A stretch of DNA of 59,214 nucleotides from Chromera velia (GCA_018398765.1 JAHBMJ010000028.1:1-59214), one strand, 5' to 3'; positions 1 to 11,908 are shown, numbered from the stretch's first letter. Translations and numbers: made by a program. Notes: generated by a model not told the origin, from the sequence alone.

Positions 1-36
<36 letters not shown>

Positions 37-190
37 ATGTGTGTGTATGTGTGTGTGTGTGTGTGTGTATGTGTGTATGTGTGTGTGTGTGTGTGTGTAT
101 GTGTACGTGTGTGTGTATGTGCATGTATGCTAGGCGTGTATGTGGTGTGCATGCGTATGTATGTGTGTATGCGTGTCTGTGTGCGTGTGC
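1..190. repeat. (TG)n/(TA)-interrupted dinucleotide microsatellite, probably intronic
   Basis: Direct reading: near-continuous GTGT/GTAT repeat followed by a pyrimidine tract and CAG at 216-218. Confidence 0.95.
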
Positions 191-218
191 GTTTTTCACT
201 CCCTCCATTCTGCCTCAG

Positions 219-539
219 AAGGTGGATAGATGTGCATGGTCATCGGTGAGTTGCGCATGTGTGAGTGCTCCTGTCTACGCACCTGTTTTTCTCCTCCCTA
301 CGCCTTTCCTTCTGATCTTACTCCCCCCCTTACGCCTTTCCTTCTCCGTTCTCGCTCGTTATGCCCTAACAGTAACCAATTGCTCTCTTTTTGGCTTCTT
401 GCGTCTGCTCTCATTTAACCCGCAAGGAGAGTATGGTGCATTGTCTGTCAGGTGGGGTGACGACAAACTGTGTGTGCATGATTCGTGTATTCGTTGTAAT
501 GATGACTTCTTACACAAGCTTTCTTCATGCGAGAAATGA
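219..539 (+). CDS. Possible last two exons (219-245, 452-539) of a gene entering from the left; product unknown
   Basis: cctcag| acceptor at 218, |gtgagt donor at 246, tgtcag| acceptor at 451. Joined frame reads RWIDVHGHR/WGDDKLCVHDSC...CEK*. No family recognised. Confidence 0.3.
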   Translation, partial: KVDRCAWSSVSCACVSAPVYAPVFLLPTPFLLILLPPLRLSFSVLARYALTVTNCSLFGFLRLLSFNPQGEYGALSVRWGDDKLCVHDSCIRCNDDFLHKLSSCEK

Positions 540-1372
540 TGAGAAACGGTCGGATGAAAGGGAGTCCTTACGCTAGATGGCTGCATTGAAATCAACTCGG
601 ATTAATCATATAATGATTGTAACGTACGCTCCTCTTTCCGGCACGTCTGCATCCGATCTATTCGTCCGTAATGTTATCCGATCGCATTTGTTCTCGCTCC
701 CGACCCGCCTGTTCGATGTCTGCCGCGCGGTGCTGACAAGTGAATAACTTTTTGCTCATTCTAGCGAAAACCAACCAACTATGCATGCGCCGCCCGGAAG
801 CCTAGCGCTCTAACTAGGGTTAGGCATCCTCTAACTCACTAACTTAGTGACCAACTAACTGTGTAAGTTTAGATTTAATTTACTAAGATAATTTGAATTC
901 AGTTATTCTACTAAGCATTCATGTTGACATGATACTGTACTTAAACATTTATTTATGTGTAATCGAAATTATATAAAAAAAATTGTAGATACAATATTAT
1001 GCATTATTATAATTGAATGCTAAAAGAACTCAGAAATTGAAATCTCCTGACACTAACAGGTTCAGCTTCAATTTTTTCTTTAATGTTAATTTTATCTTAA
1101 AAGAATCATGTTTTAAAGAATGTTTATTTAATTTAAAAGTATATAAACAACGTTGAAATACTATAGAACATCCTATATTTCAAAGTCCGAAATGATGTTA
1201 AAGTCCGATAGGTCTCATTATGTCATTTATCCTACTGCCCAACGTTCGTCTCTCCTCTTCCTTTCCTCTACTTTTCCTTCATCCCCTTCGTCCCCCCGTT
1301 TCATTTCCCTCCCTTGCACTGCGATCTGGTCCTCAGGCCTTTTTTCAGCCTTGCTGTATATGTTGCTCGGTG

Positions 1373-2058
1373 GTCGCCCCCATGCACCGTACAGAGGGCT
1401 GGAAGACGCGGTTTGCCCTACATGCAGGGGTAAAGCAGACGATCTGCTGCACCGACTGACTGAATGCACTGAAACAAGAGCAGATCGAGAGGCTCTGAAT
1501 ACAATTGTAACCGAAATTGAAGCCAAATTAAACAGAGCTCAAGAAAGAGAGAGAAAGTGGTTGCTATTGAAAGACTCCACCCCTCTAAAACACGCCACGC
1601 AAAGCGAATTGTTGGCACGAATGAAGGTCACCCTGGCACTCAGACACTCACCCATACCGGCCCTGCGACTCTTACGAAACATCTGTCTGCGCCCTCCATC
1701 GTAAGGCCTGTGATTCGATACATGTGATGGTTACTTACCTCTCTTCCCGTTTCACCTTTTGAATGTTCTTTTTCCATCTCCCAAGTACATCTCCCGTCCC
1801 CCCTCTCCACCGGTCTTCCTGTCTGCCTCTACTGTCTGAGAGTCTCTGTTACAGTTGTCACACTCCTCCCACAGAAGGGAAACGACATCAGCAATTGAAA
1901 AAACATCTTCTAGATGCAGGGTGTTTAGAGTTGCGAGAATGAAGCCCCCTCCCGTTGTATGATGCAGGTCTGGCAAAGGGGCAATAAAGCATTGTCCTAG
2001 ACTCATACATTGCATGATGGCCTATAGACCGATTAATAATAATGATGATGATAATGAT
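1373..2058 (+). mobile_element. 3' fragment of a non-LTR retrotransposon (C-terminal CCHC zinc finger, UTR, (AAT/GAT)n tail)
   Basis: ORF 1153-1704 contains CPTCRGKADDLLHRLTEC, resembling the Cx2C...Hx4C finger at LINE ORF2 C-termini. A trinucleotide tail TAATAATAATGATGATGATAATGAT lies at ~2033-2058. No RT domain seen. Confidence 0.5.
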
Positions 2059-2353
2059 TGAGAGTTATATCCTAGAATCAGACCTAGATTTAGCAACGCC
2101 AGATTCTAAGCCACTAACAAGGCTTTGAGGACAATCCAAAGCACACATTTATAGGGGGGGGATAAGGAAGCCTACATGCTAATCGGATCGATTCGCCTTA
2201 AGGCACACCACATCTGCGGAGGCGCATGGAGACATAAACGCTCGGCATATGCGCAGACCACATTCATATATTGAATTCTGAATCAATCCGAAAACAGAGT
2301 AAGAGCAAGGATGGATGAGAGGTAATGAGAAGAGAAACGGGGTTAATGATAGA

Positions 2354-3294
2354 ATCAGCCTGGCCACTCCTGTTTCAAAGGCCTAAGTCACTCCTTGGGT
2401 GGGTGGGTGGGCATTTTTTTTGCTCCAGAGAGTAAGTCTCCACCTGGGTGGGTGGGTGGCGGTTTTGGCTAAGAGGAGTTGACTAACTTCATCATAGTCT
2501 TCTAAATCATGGGTAGTACGGCCTGGTTGCATCCGGTCAATCTATTATGTTCCTGTGACTCCACATATGCTTGGTCCAATCACAGTGGGTTGGGTAGGGG
2601 GGAGGGGCACAGGGGGTGAGAAGGTTTGTGGGTGGGGTAGGGTGGGGGGATGTTATGGGATGGTGGGGTTGGGAGCGGTTGGGAGGAGGGGGGTGGGGGT
2701 GGGTGTAGACCGTGTGGGGTGAGGGTGTGTGGATGGTATGGTTGACGGGGGATGTTTGAGCATATTTAAGCAGAAGGTGTAGAGGTTGAGGGGAGTTTCA
2801 GGTTGTTTGTGACTGTGAGGAGTCGAGTGACTTCATTTAGTCTATACGTTTTGTCCCTGTGGCTTTCTTTACGTATATAACGCCAATGGAAGATCTGAAT
2901 TATCAGAAGAGCAACAACGGAATTATGTCATTGAAAGACATAAAGGAGGAGGAGACCATCATGGTATACAGATGAAAAAGAACTGCAAGAAGAGATAGAG
3001 TTCTTTGGTAAGGATTCGTGGTGGTTACAATTGCCTCTTTCTTTCGAAACCATTCTGAGGCAGCCTGCAGCCTAGCCTGCAGCTCGTGTTAACAAGAAGT
3101 TTGGGTGCTAGGTTTGGGTGGGTGGGTGGGTGGGTCTCGAAGTCACTATTCGGGTGGGTGGGTGGGCTCTTTAGGGCTAACAAGTCGACTGATTCTTTTA
3201 ATAAGAGTCCTGTATGGGTGGGTGGGTACGTGGACATTTTTAAGTCCCTTTGAGAAGTGACTTAGGCCTTTCAAATAGGAGTGGCTGGGCTAAT
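2354..3294. mobile_element. MITE-like non-autonomous DNA transposon with 39-bp TIRs and 8-bp TSD
   Basis: Left TIR 2354-2392 ATCAGCCTGGCCACTCCTGTTTCAAAGGCCTAAGTCACT; reverse complement of 3256-3294 is ATTAGCCCAGCCACTCCTATTTGAAAGGCCTAAGTCACT. Flanks are ATGATAGA (2346-2353) and ATGACAGA (3295-3302). Internal GGGT repeats. Confidence 0.85.
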
Positions 3295-3509
3295 ATGACA
3301 GACTCTTTCAAAGATCTACGCTGGCTTACGCTATCCGAAGGCAAAGTGGCAACTCGATCAAAGCAATCAATACCATAAATCAGTCACCAAAGGAAGCGGA
3401 AACCACAAAGGTTCAAGTTTGTGCTCGCAATATGATCAACTGGTTTTCATGAGGAAGGATTAAAGAGAAAAAAAAAATTAATAAAGACAAATGCATTTGG
3501 TTCAGTCTA

Positions 3510-3897
3510 AAAGTTTATTTTCAAAACTTAGGCCCTCCATTTACTCCCAGTCACCGTCAGTGTCCCTTGGTGCCTGTACCACAGTAATGCCACCGACTCG
3601 CAAAGGAACAGTCCCCCTATGGCTGCTTTCTTAGTTTTTTCTTCGCCCTCATACAGTAAACTGAAGCCCTGATAACCGCCATCTGAATCCTGGCTTTCAC
3701 CATCCTTACAACTCTGCTAATAGGTTTAGTGTTGGTCCTGGTTACGATTTGGTGTACCGCTCTCTATAGACCGCTCTCTGCAGCACTGCTATTGCTTCCT
3801 CTTCCAAAGCTCCATCTATTGATAAAACAAAGGGGGTAAAGTATGTTCTATTTTCAATACAGTCTGCCCTAGAGTCTGCCCAGTAATTCCTTTATTT
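3510..3897 (-). mobile_element. Degenerate 3' end of a CRE-type (restriction-like endonuclease) non-LTR retrotransposon
   Basis: Minus-strand translation, after removing a 14-bp duplication (AGAGAGCGGTCTAT), gives CIENRTYFTPFVLSIDGALEEEAIAVLQRAVHQIVTRTNTKPISRVVRMVKARIQMAVIRASVYCMRAKKN*. This fits the recalled CRE C-terminal pattern KY...C.E.R..FTP.V.S.DG....EA...ARL..A..RA...C.R. AATAAA lies downstream near 3514-3519. Confidence 0.75.
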
Positions 3898-4517
3898 TAA
3901 TGAAATTAAACACAGCACACAAACTTGTTTCCAGATTAAAATTTGAAAATGTGTATACTTATAAACTGTTATTAAATTAAATTTGAAAGATTCACTGAAA
4001 GCATCATGTTAGATAAAATCAGACTAGAAATTAGATTCATTTTATGATGATGATATTATATACGCAGCAGTGCACGCAGCTTGTCTTCTTGACAGCTAGC
4101 TTAACAGTTCTCTGGGAAGAAATACTGTCAAACCAACCACTTGTTAGGAAAAAGTACGATATGAAATTAAATCTGATTAATTCAATCTGTGGACAGTCAT
4201 ATAATCATGCGTCGCTCAAAATCAATCTGGGCCATGGCTCTCACGCATCATGCTGCGCCGTCACGCCGCCGTGCATACATGGCTCTCGCGCGCTCTCCGT
4301 GCCGCGCACAAGTGCATATTCTGAGTGATAATGAGCTTTGACAATTGAGCTAGCATTCAAATGAACTAGTGAATGAATTGAATTAAACTTTTAAAAATGA
4401 TTAATATATGTAATTTTGTATGATAAACATTCGTTTTTCACTAGGTTTTTCACATATTTTTGTACAATCAACAAAGTGCCAGTGCCAGTGATCAATCACT
4501 TGAGACCTCCTTCATGA

Positions 4518-6307
4518 TTACAGTTTTGAAAACGCCGTCATCAATCCTTTCTTTTTCTTTTCACCCTTCAAAACCTTGTTGGCCCCTCTTTTTTCGGCCT
4601 TCATCGCCTGCACACACGAATTCGTATACATAAGTGGTCCAAATCCGACCGAAAAATGTGCTCAATTGAATATTTAGCCCCAATGAGCTCTGCTTCTGCA
4701 AATACGCACTAAGGTGATGGAGGCGACCGACAAAAATCAGAGAGGAACCCGGGAAACATCAAGTGGGAAAAAAAAAAAAAACTCAAAAATATTTGGTGGC
4801 TGTGAACGACGGTGTCTGTTTGATGTCTCAATTATTGTTGACCGGTTTGGGTGTGCGCATTCCTTGGTGCTGTGTTTCTCCCTGGCTGTCAGATTTTGCT
4901 TGTTTTTCTTGAGAGGTTATGGTACTTTTACAACTGCCGACTGACGCGTTTTGCAAGTTTTTGTTGCATATCTCTGTGGTGTTTCGAGTTGGCCTGCTTC
5001 TTTGCTGCGGCTTCTGCAGGCAGAAGAGGTGGTGCACGGCAGAGACTGTCCGTGAAAAAAAAAAAAACGGCAGAGACTGTCCGTGAAAAACATCCAGAGG
5101 CAACAGAGGAGATCTCGAAGGAAAGCAGAGGAGGCACTAATGCACAGTCTTCCAAAAAGGGGACGAAGCCGAGGCAGGCCAGAGGAATAAATTGAGAAAG
5201 GCCAAAGGAGGGGAAAGGAGAGCTTGATTTCACGATTTATTTTTTTTTTTTCGTCGTCCACGATGTCTCCTCACAGCACGACAGGCCCCCCAATCAGCAT
5301 CCATGTAATTTCACACCCGCCATGCATGCATGCGGCCGAGAGCCCCCCCCCCCCGATGCACCACCAAGGAAAGAAGGAATATGTGCTCACTGACTCTTCG
5401 CCATGTGTTCGCGTTGCTCCTTCGCGTCGTCTTCCTTCATCGCACGCGTTACAGCGATGGCTTTCCCCTGCATGCAGGAATGAAGAAAGATGCATGCAAC
5501 ACTTAATTCTTTTTTCTGTATGGATTCTGTATGAAAGTAATTGCAAGCGATGGCTTTCCCCTGCAGGGATGAAGAATGAAGGAGAGGGAGGGAGGCAGGG
5601 GGGTACAGAGGAGGAGAGAAGAACAGCAGCTCAACTCATAATGCCCCCCCATGCACCGAACCTTCATCATGACGCACGCACATCATTTGAAAGGAATCAG
5701 AAGGAACTCGATAGTCAAACAAGCAAGAAAGGAAAGAAAGGAAGAAAGAAAAAAGGAAATACGCGCATGCAACAGTCTGTCTAACCACCAACCTGAATCT
5801 CCTTCCCGTCCAGCAGCTGAATGGCCTTAGCGACATGAGCCCTGTCTGAGAACAAAACGAAACCGAAACCCTGCAGAGACAGACAGACAGAGAGTCAGGG
5901 AGGCAGATGGGTAGGCATGCAGACAGGTATGCAGGCAGGCAAGACGCATGAAGACTCAAACAGAAACAAGGCAAGGGGGCCAGCAGTGACAGGAAGGAAG
6001 GAACAAACAAACGAAGGCAGGAAGGAGGGAAGGAGGGAAGAAGCACTGCAAAAAAGATCATGGCAGCACAAAGCAGCAGCATGGGGTCATGTGAAGAAAT
6101 CTTTTTCTCAAGATGCAGATCTACATACCTGCCTGCTACACTGTCGGTCTTTGTGTCCTTCCTTCTGTGTCCTGTTCTCTCTTCCTCTCTCTACCTCTGT
6201 CTCTCTCGCTCTCTCTTTGTGTGCATGTGTGTGTGTGTGTATGTGTGTGTTTATGTGTATGTGTGTGTGTGTGTGTGTATGTGTGTGTATGTGTGTGTGT
6301 GTGTGTA

Positions 6308-6339
<32 letters not shown>

Positions 6340-6818
6340 GGTGGGTGCGTACACTTCTGCGTACCCCCTTTCTGACCTTTGAGAACTTTGTCTTGGGGTC
6401 TCTCACGATCCGCACACCTGCACGCATGCATGCAGAGAGAGGCTCACTCACTCAATCAGGCAGGTACTCAGGCAATCACTCACTAAGTCACTAATGCGCG
6501 TCTGTGTTCTACAGCCAAGCACTCACTCAGTCAGTGAGTGAGTGAGTGAGCAATAAGGCAAACAAATCGATCCAAGCATTCATGTGAGAGCCTGTTTGTT
6601 CGTTTCCTAGGCGTCTCTCTACCTCCCTCGATTGAAGGACATGCAGTCACTTTATTTCTTTCTTCGTGAAGGGCATGGATTTTCTAAAAGAAGGTTTTGC
6701 ATCAGCCAATCCACAGACCAACCAAAGAGGACACCGACGACGTAGATTGAGAGAGACTGATTCATCATGCACGGAGAGAAGGAGACAGCATTGGCGTCTT
6801 CTCTCTCTCTCTCTCTCT

Positions 6819-6856
<38 letters not shown>

Positions 6857-9211
6857 ACCTCCTTCTTCCACGAATCTTCTTCCTTCCCTTCCCAGGCATA
6901 TGCATGCCGACCTTCCACCTGCCCCACGACCTCGGCTGCTTTCCATAACTCAGCTTCAGTCACATCCCCCGCAAGCTTTCCCACAAACACGCTGCGCTTC
7001 CTGTCGAATTTCTGCAGAAAAACAAAAGATCACATTTGCATGGGACGCAGTGGACCAATGAGAGAGTGAATGGATCAAAAAAGTCTGGGGACCGGGATGG
7101 TCGACCGACTGAAAATCCCCAAAACACAACAGGGCGCTTGGTTTGAGTGGATGTGATGTTTTGCGTGTGCATGCAAGCATGCATATATGCTTTGTTGCCT
7201 ATCTGTTGTGAGAGAGAAAAGCCTTCCTCTCTTTCATCTCTCAGTCAGTACTCATTGCGGGCAAGAACGGGAGGGAGGACCCCCCCATCCAAAGAGCTTG
7301 CCAGTCTGTTGTGAGAGAAAAGGATTAAAAGAGAATTCAGCAGAGCAAGAACACAACTCTCTTTTCTATTCTCTGTCTGTTGTAGTCCCAAGCCCCTGCC
7401 CTGCACAACACAACTCATCAGAGGTCCCAGCCTTCTCATGCAGATCGATCAGGTGATTGCTTCCCCATTAACTCCTCTTCCTTCCATCGTGCCAACGTTG
7501 CTTCCTTTATGCGCGATTTTAAGGGAGGACAGACAGACAGATAGATCGAAAGCAGGCAGGCAAAGAACCAACCCACGCTGAAGGAGTCTCCAGAGGCTCT
7601 CTCTAAATTCACTCGCACAGGCAGATCGTCGATCGTCACCTGCAGCCATACAGCCATACAGCAAGGCAAGCAAGCAAGTAGGCAGGCAGGTAGGCAGGCA
7701 GGTAGGCAGGCAGGCAGGCAGGCAGGCAGGAAGAAAAGATGATCCAGTGCAGAGAGAGCCTTGGTATGAAGAGGCAAAGGCCAATTAAGCAGACTGACAA
7801 CGGACGGTGCATGGGTACCCCTACGTAGCCCTGTTGAGGATTGCATGGGTGCCCCTCCGTAGCCCTGTGAGGATTGCATGGGTGCCCCTCCGTAGCCCTG
7901 AGAGGATTGCATGGGTGCCCCTACGTAGCCCTGTGAGGATTGCATGGGTGCCCCTACGTAGCCCTGTGAGGATTGCATGGGTGCCGCTACGTAGCCCTGT
8001 GAGGATTGCATGGGTGCCGCTACGTAGCCCTGTGAGGATTGCATGGGTGCCCCTACGTAGCCCTGTTGAGGATTGCATGGGTGCCCCTACGTAGCCCTGT
8101 GAGGATTGCATGGGTGCCCCTACGTAGCCCTGTGAGGATTGCACGGGTGCCCCTCCGAGGAGCGGACGGGGGGTGGGAGCGGGGAAGGAACGGAGATTGA
8201 CTGACTCGGTAGGGATGAAAGAAAGAAAGACGGGGAGGGAGGGGGGCATAGACAGGCGAAGAGAATCGAAGGAAGTTGCGTGGCCGGATGTGAGGGAACA
8301 TAACCGATATTTCTACTTCTTGCGTCTGTCTGTCTGTCTGTCTGTCTGTCTGCACTCCAACAACTCTACTTACGCTCTGTTTGAGACATGCCTTGATGAC
8401 CTCCGGGTCCTTTTTCTTCAAGACGATGTACGCGTTCTTCGTCTGGGCCGCCCTCTGCATTGACACACAGAGAGAGACAGAGACAGGCAGGGAGGGGGGG
8501 ATAAGGGCAGAGACAGAGACAGAGGTAGTGGATGAGTGCATGAAGCAAGGAGACAAAAGAAAAACGGACCATTTGAGATAAAAGAAAGGAAGCGATAGAC
8601 CTTGAAAGGGGAGAGCAAGAGGAGGTGTATGTACCCATTTGACTGACCTTGTCGTATTCCTTCCGTGCGACTCCTGCCTTCTTGTCATGTCGCCACTGCG
8701 GTGCTACAGGGACGGACCGAAAATACACCGCCTCCACCTGTTCTTCCTTTAGACCCAGGGCATGACGAACTTTTTTCGGTTTCGCATTGACTGGTACCCC
8801 TCCTACAAAGAGTGTTCTCTCAAGCTCGGCAGGATCCTTCTCCTTCGGTGTCGCCTCCTGCTGCTTTTTTTGGCTCTTTGCCTTCGACTTCGGATTCTCC
8901 TTCAGTACACCCTTTGCCAACTTCTTCGCGGCTATCCGTCTCTCTGCACCCGAAAGTTTTGACAAGTCGACTTCCTCTATGTCCTTGTCCTCCTGCCTTG
9001 CTTTTCGGACCACGAGAGGGTCTTGCTGATTGAGAAGACCAGAAAGAGCCTTCAGACCTTTGTCGTCTGCCTGTTGGCTCTTCTTCTTTCCTCCTGGTGA
9101 CGATGCTTCTTGAGACTTTGAGGCGTCACCTGCCCCAAAGAGAGACGAAAGAAGCCCTGGCTTGTAGTCTTCCTTCTCGGTTCCTTCCTTTCCCTTCGAA
9201 CGGGATGCCAT
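4518..9211 (-). CDS. RBM34: Nucleolar two-RRM protein, RBM34/Nop12-like (~385 aa, 9 exons)
   Basis: Exons 9211-8648, 8454-8374, 7639-7577, 7011-6912, 6417-6377, 5870-5793, 5467-5395, 5013-4946 and 4607-4518 join in frame via GT-AG introns. Motifs: ERTLFVGGVP, VEAVYFRSVP, NAYIV (RRM1); KRSVFVGKL, VRIVRDPKT, KGFGFVLF (RRM2); Lys-rich ends. Confidence 0.85.
7809..8157. repeat. 33-bp minisatellite, ~10.5 copies, in intron 2 of the RBM34-like gene
   Basis: Unit GCATGGGTGCCCCTACGTAGCCCTGTGAGGATT. Copies start at 7809, 7843, 7876, 7909, 7942, 7975, 8008, 8041, 8075, 8108 and 8141 (partial). Two copies are 34 bp. Confidence 0.95.
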
Positions 9212-9884
9212 GATGTTTCGATCAGTCTGGGCCAAAGTCTTCTTTCAGGACGTCTCTGCAAAGAACTTTGGGAACAGAGACTTCTTAAACCGTATCGATC
9301 GTCCAAGAATGCCGCTGTGCACACAGTCACAGTGCCTCCATATTGAATCGACGAGGAGCAAAGCTAGGCATGCAATCACAATGCTCCGGCTGACTGTACG
9401 GTCAATTAATCCCTCTGCGCCAAACCGATTCTTTCTCACTGGTCATAGCCGATTATGGAGAAGTGCCGGGGTCTGGTCACCTTGCAGTGGGCCCCCGGCT
9501 GGGCGACCAATCCGGGGTCCGCTTCGGGCCCTACAAACACTACCACTGAGACAGTCTGAGACTGCCTGACACGACGCACAGTCTCCGCCCTGTTGTACCC
9601 TTAGCTCCTTTCTCACCTCGATCTGGGACCCGAGACAGAAGTTTTGCAGTTTCTGGACTGTCATCCCATCACCACGACACAGGGCCACCCGACCCTCCTG
9701 GCCCTAGGAGCTGTTTCTTTTACGTTGTCTGAGCTTGACCAGGAGACGTCTCTTCTCTTTCATGTAGTTTGGCCTGTTTTGCATCCTTTGAGTAGCCTGG
9801 AAGGGAGACCGTTGACTGTTTCTTCGTCGAGAGGTACAAGGAGCTGCAGCCGAGTCCTTGCTGCCGTACAGATCAGACCACAGC
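9212..9884. promoter_or_regulatory. Probable bidirectional promoter/5' UTR region between divergent RBM34-like and RhaT-like genes
   Basis: Start codons diverge 673 bp apart, the region lacks microsatellites, and there is a GC-rich core at ~9465-9535. Confidence 0.5.
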
Positions 9885-11038
9885 ATGAGCATAGCACTTG
9901 GTGTTTGCTTGTGCGCCCTGGCGGGGCTGCTGAATGCTAGTTGGACGGTACCGTCGAAAGCCAATGCCCCAAAGTCTGTTCGTGTGATTGATGACCCCAT
10001 GGAAACCCTTCCTGGCCGAGTCATCTGGTCCTTCGAGAACTTTTTGTTCTTTGCCTCTTTCACCGTGGTCTGCCTCGCATCTTTGATCTGTGTGGTGGCG
10101 CTGGGGGGCGTGGGACGTGTGGCGTCGGCTTTGTCCGTGTGTGATAGTTTTGACATCATTGTCATCACAGTCACAGCATGCCTCGGGTGGGGCTCATCGA
10201 ACATTCTGTTTCCCATTGCTGTGGCACACGCGGGAGTGGCTCTGGGAGTCACGCTCTCGATGGCAGTCACGCTCATCGTCGGCACGGCGCTGCCAATTCT
10301 TGTCGACCCTTCGTCCGTCTCGTCGTGGAAGGAGGCGAGCCTCATTGTGGTCGGGATGGGGTTTGCACTCGTGGGCCTGCTTCTCTCTGCGTATGCGGCA
10401 CAATTGAAGGGGAAAGGCGGGGAGGACGGGGCTGGGGAGAGGGAGCGGCTGGTGCATGTTCACTCCTCTCCGGAGGACGGAGTGACCCACAAAGTCTCAA
10501 TAGTAAGCGCAGTCGGGGTCCCTCGAAAGCCATCCAACATCACCAGTAGCAGCAGCAACTACGTAGACTCACACACGCACCCCCATTCCCCCCCCCAGAC
10601 GACTGTGCTGCCTTTTAGTCTGCCGTCCTCTCCGGAACCCCCTGAGTGGCGATTGCCAAGGGACGAGACCCGAGACACAGAGGGGGAGGGGGGAGTGCAG
10701 CACAAGGGAAGGACCGAAAGTGGAGAGACGGAGGAGAGGGAGAGGGAGAGGGAAGAGAGTGGAGCGAAGTCGGAGCTGTCACTCGTCTCTGTGGTCTTGC
10801 TGTGCATCTGCGCAGGGCTTTTAGGGTCCACGGTCAGTCAGTTGATGTTACCCCTTGCTTTTGGTTTCTTTCTTTCGGGGACGGTGAAGGAAAAGAAAGG
10901 ACGGAAGGAAGGCAAAGAGAGGGGTGTTGGTGACTGTCGCGGGGATAGTGGGTCTGTGCGGCATTGTGTGCATGTGCGTGTCGTTGTCTGTATAGAATCA
11001 TTCGTGTTCACGTGTGTGTGTGTGTGTGTGTGTGTGTT

Positions 11039-11085
<47 letters not shown>

Positions 11086-11717
11086 ATGTGTGTGTGTGTG
11101 TGTGTGTGTGTGATGTTCTCCATTTGAATGTGCAGGTGAGTTTCGACATCGCTTTTGGCGAAGCGTCCCGACGCCTAGTGGAACAGCACGTGGGGTTGTC
11201 TCCAAGTCAGAGCATGATGCTGATCTCCCTGCTCACTCTGGTGCCAGGATGGGTGAACCCTCTTTTCTTCGCTTCTTTGAGCATGTTCAGAAACGGGAGC
11301 TGGAGACGGTTGAAGGTCGAGGGGGGCAGGGGGAACGTCCACACACCCTCAGGAGGTCTCCTGCCTCTCTCTGCCGCAGTCCCCCCCCAGCCCCTGCCCG
11401 TCTTCCTCCGTCGCTTGATGGGATCTGCCATCTCTGGGCTCTGCTACTGTTCCCACGTGTTGATCCTGGGACAGGCCGGGCTGATGATGGGACCACTAGG
11501 GAAGGCCCTCGCATGGGCTGTGCTTCTCTGCACCACCATCGCTGCAGCGAACGGGTGGTCGTATGCGCTCGGGGAGTGGCAGGGGGCCCCTGCATCCTCT
11601 GTACGCGTTGCGGGGGCGGGCCTTTTGTGCATTTTCCTCTCCATTTCGGCCATGGTGCTGGCCGCAATGGCGAATCCCCACCCATCTGGTGAAGTGCCGG
11701 TCCCTGAAATTGAGTAG
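9885..11717 (+). CDS. rhaT: L-rhamnose:proton symporter (RhaT, DMT superfamily)-like transporter (~509 aa, 2 exons: 9885-10832, 11136-11717)
   Basis: Segments AGLLNASWTVPSK...WSFEN, WGSSNILFPIAVAHAGVALGVTLSMAVTLIVGTALP and ALGEWQGAP..VRV..AGLLCI match recalled RhaT motifs (APFKKVKKWSWE; WGIGNINYGL.MRYLG.S.G..IAIG.TLIVGT; LKEW). Intron 10833-11135 (gtcagt...gtgcag) contains a TG repeat. Confidence 0.8.
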
Positions 11718-11877
11718 AGAAGGAAAAGAAAGAGGGGGACTGACTGGATGATTTGTGACTCCAGATAGGAGTCCAGTCAAAAAGCAAAGCAGAGGAGAGG
11801 AGAGGACAGACTGCCGATGGATGGATGAGTGGGAGGTTTGAATTGAGGGAGGAGCTTGGACGGACACACACACACGC

Positions 11878-11908
<31 letters not shown>

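Noticed and set aside
5036..5090. 24-bp direct repeat around an A-run as a retro-insertion footprint
   Set aside because: There is no insert body, and simple slippage duplication explains it.
7809..8157. CRISPR-like array (33-bp partly palindromic repeats)
   Set aside because: Units are contiguous with no unique spacers, there are no cas genes, and the context is a eukaryotic intron.
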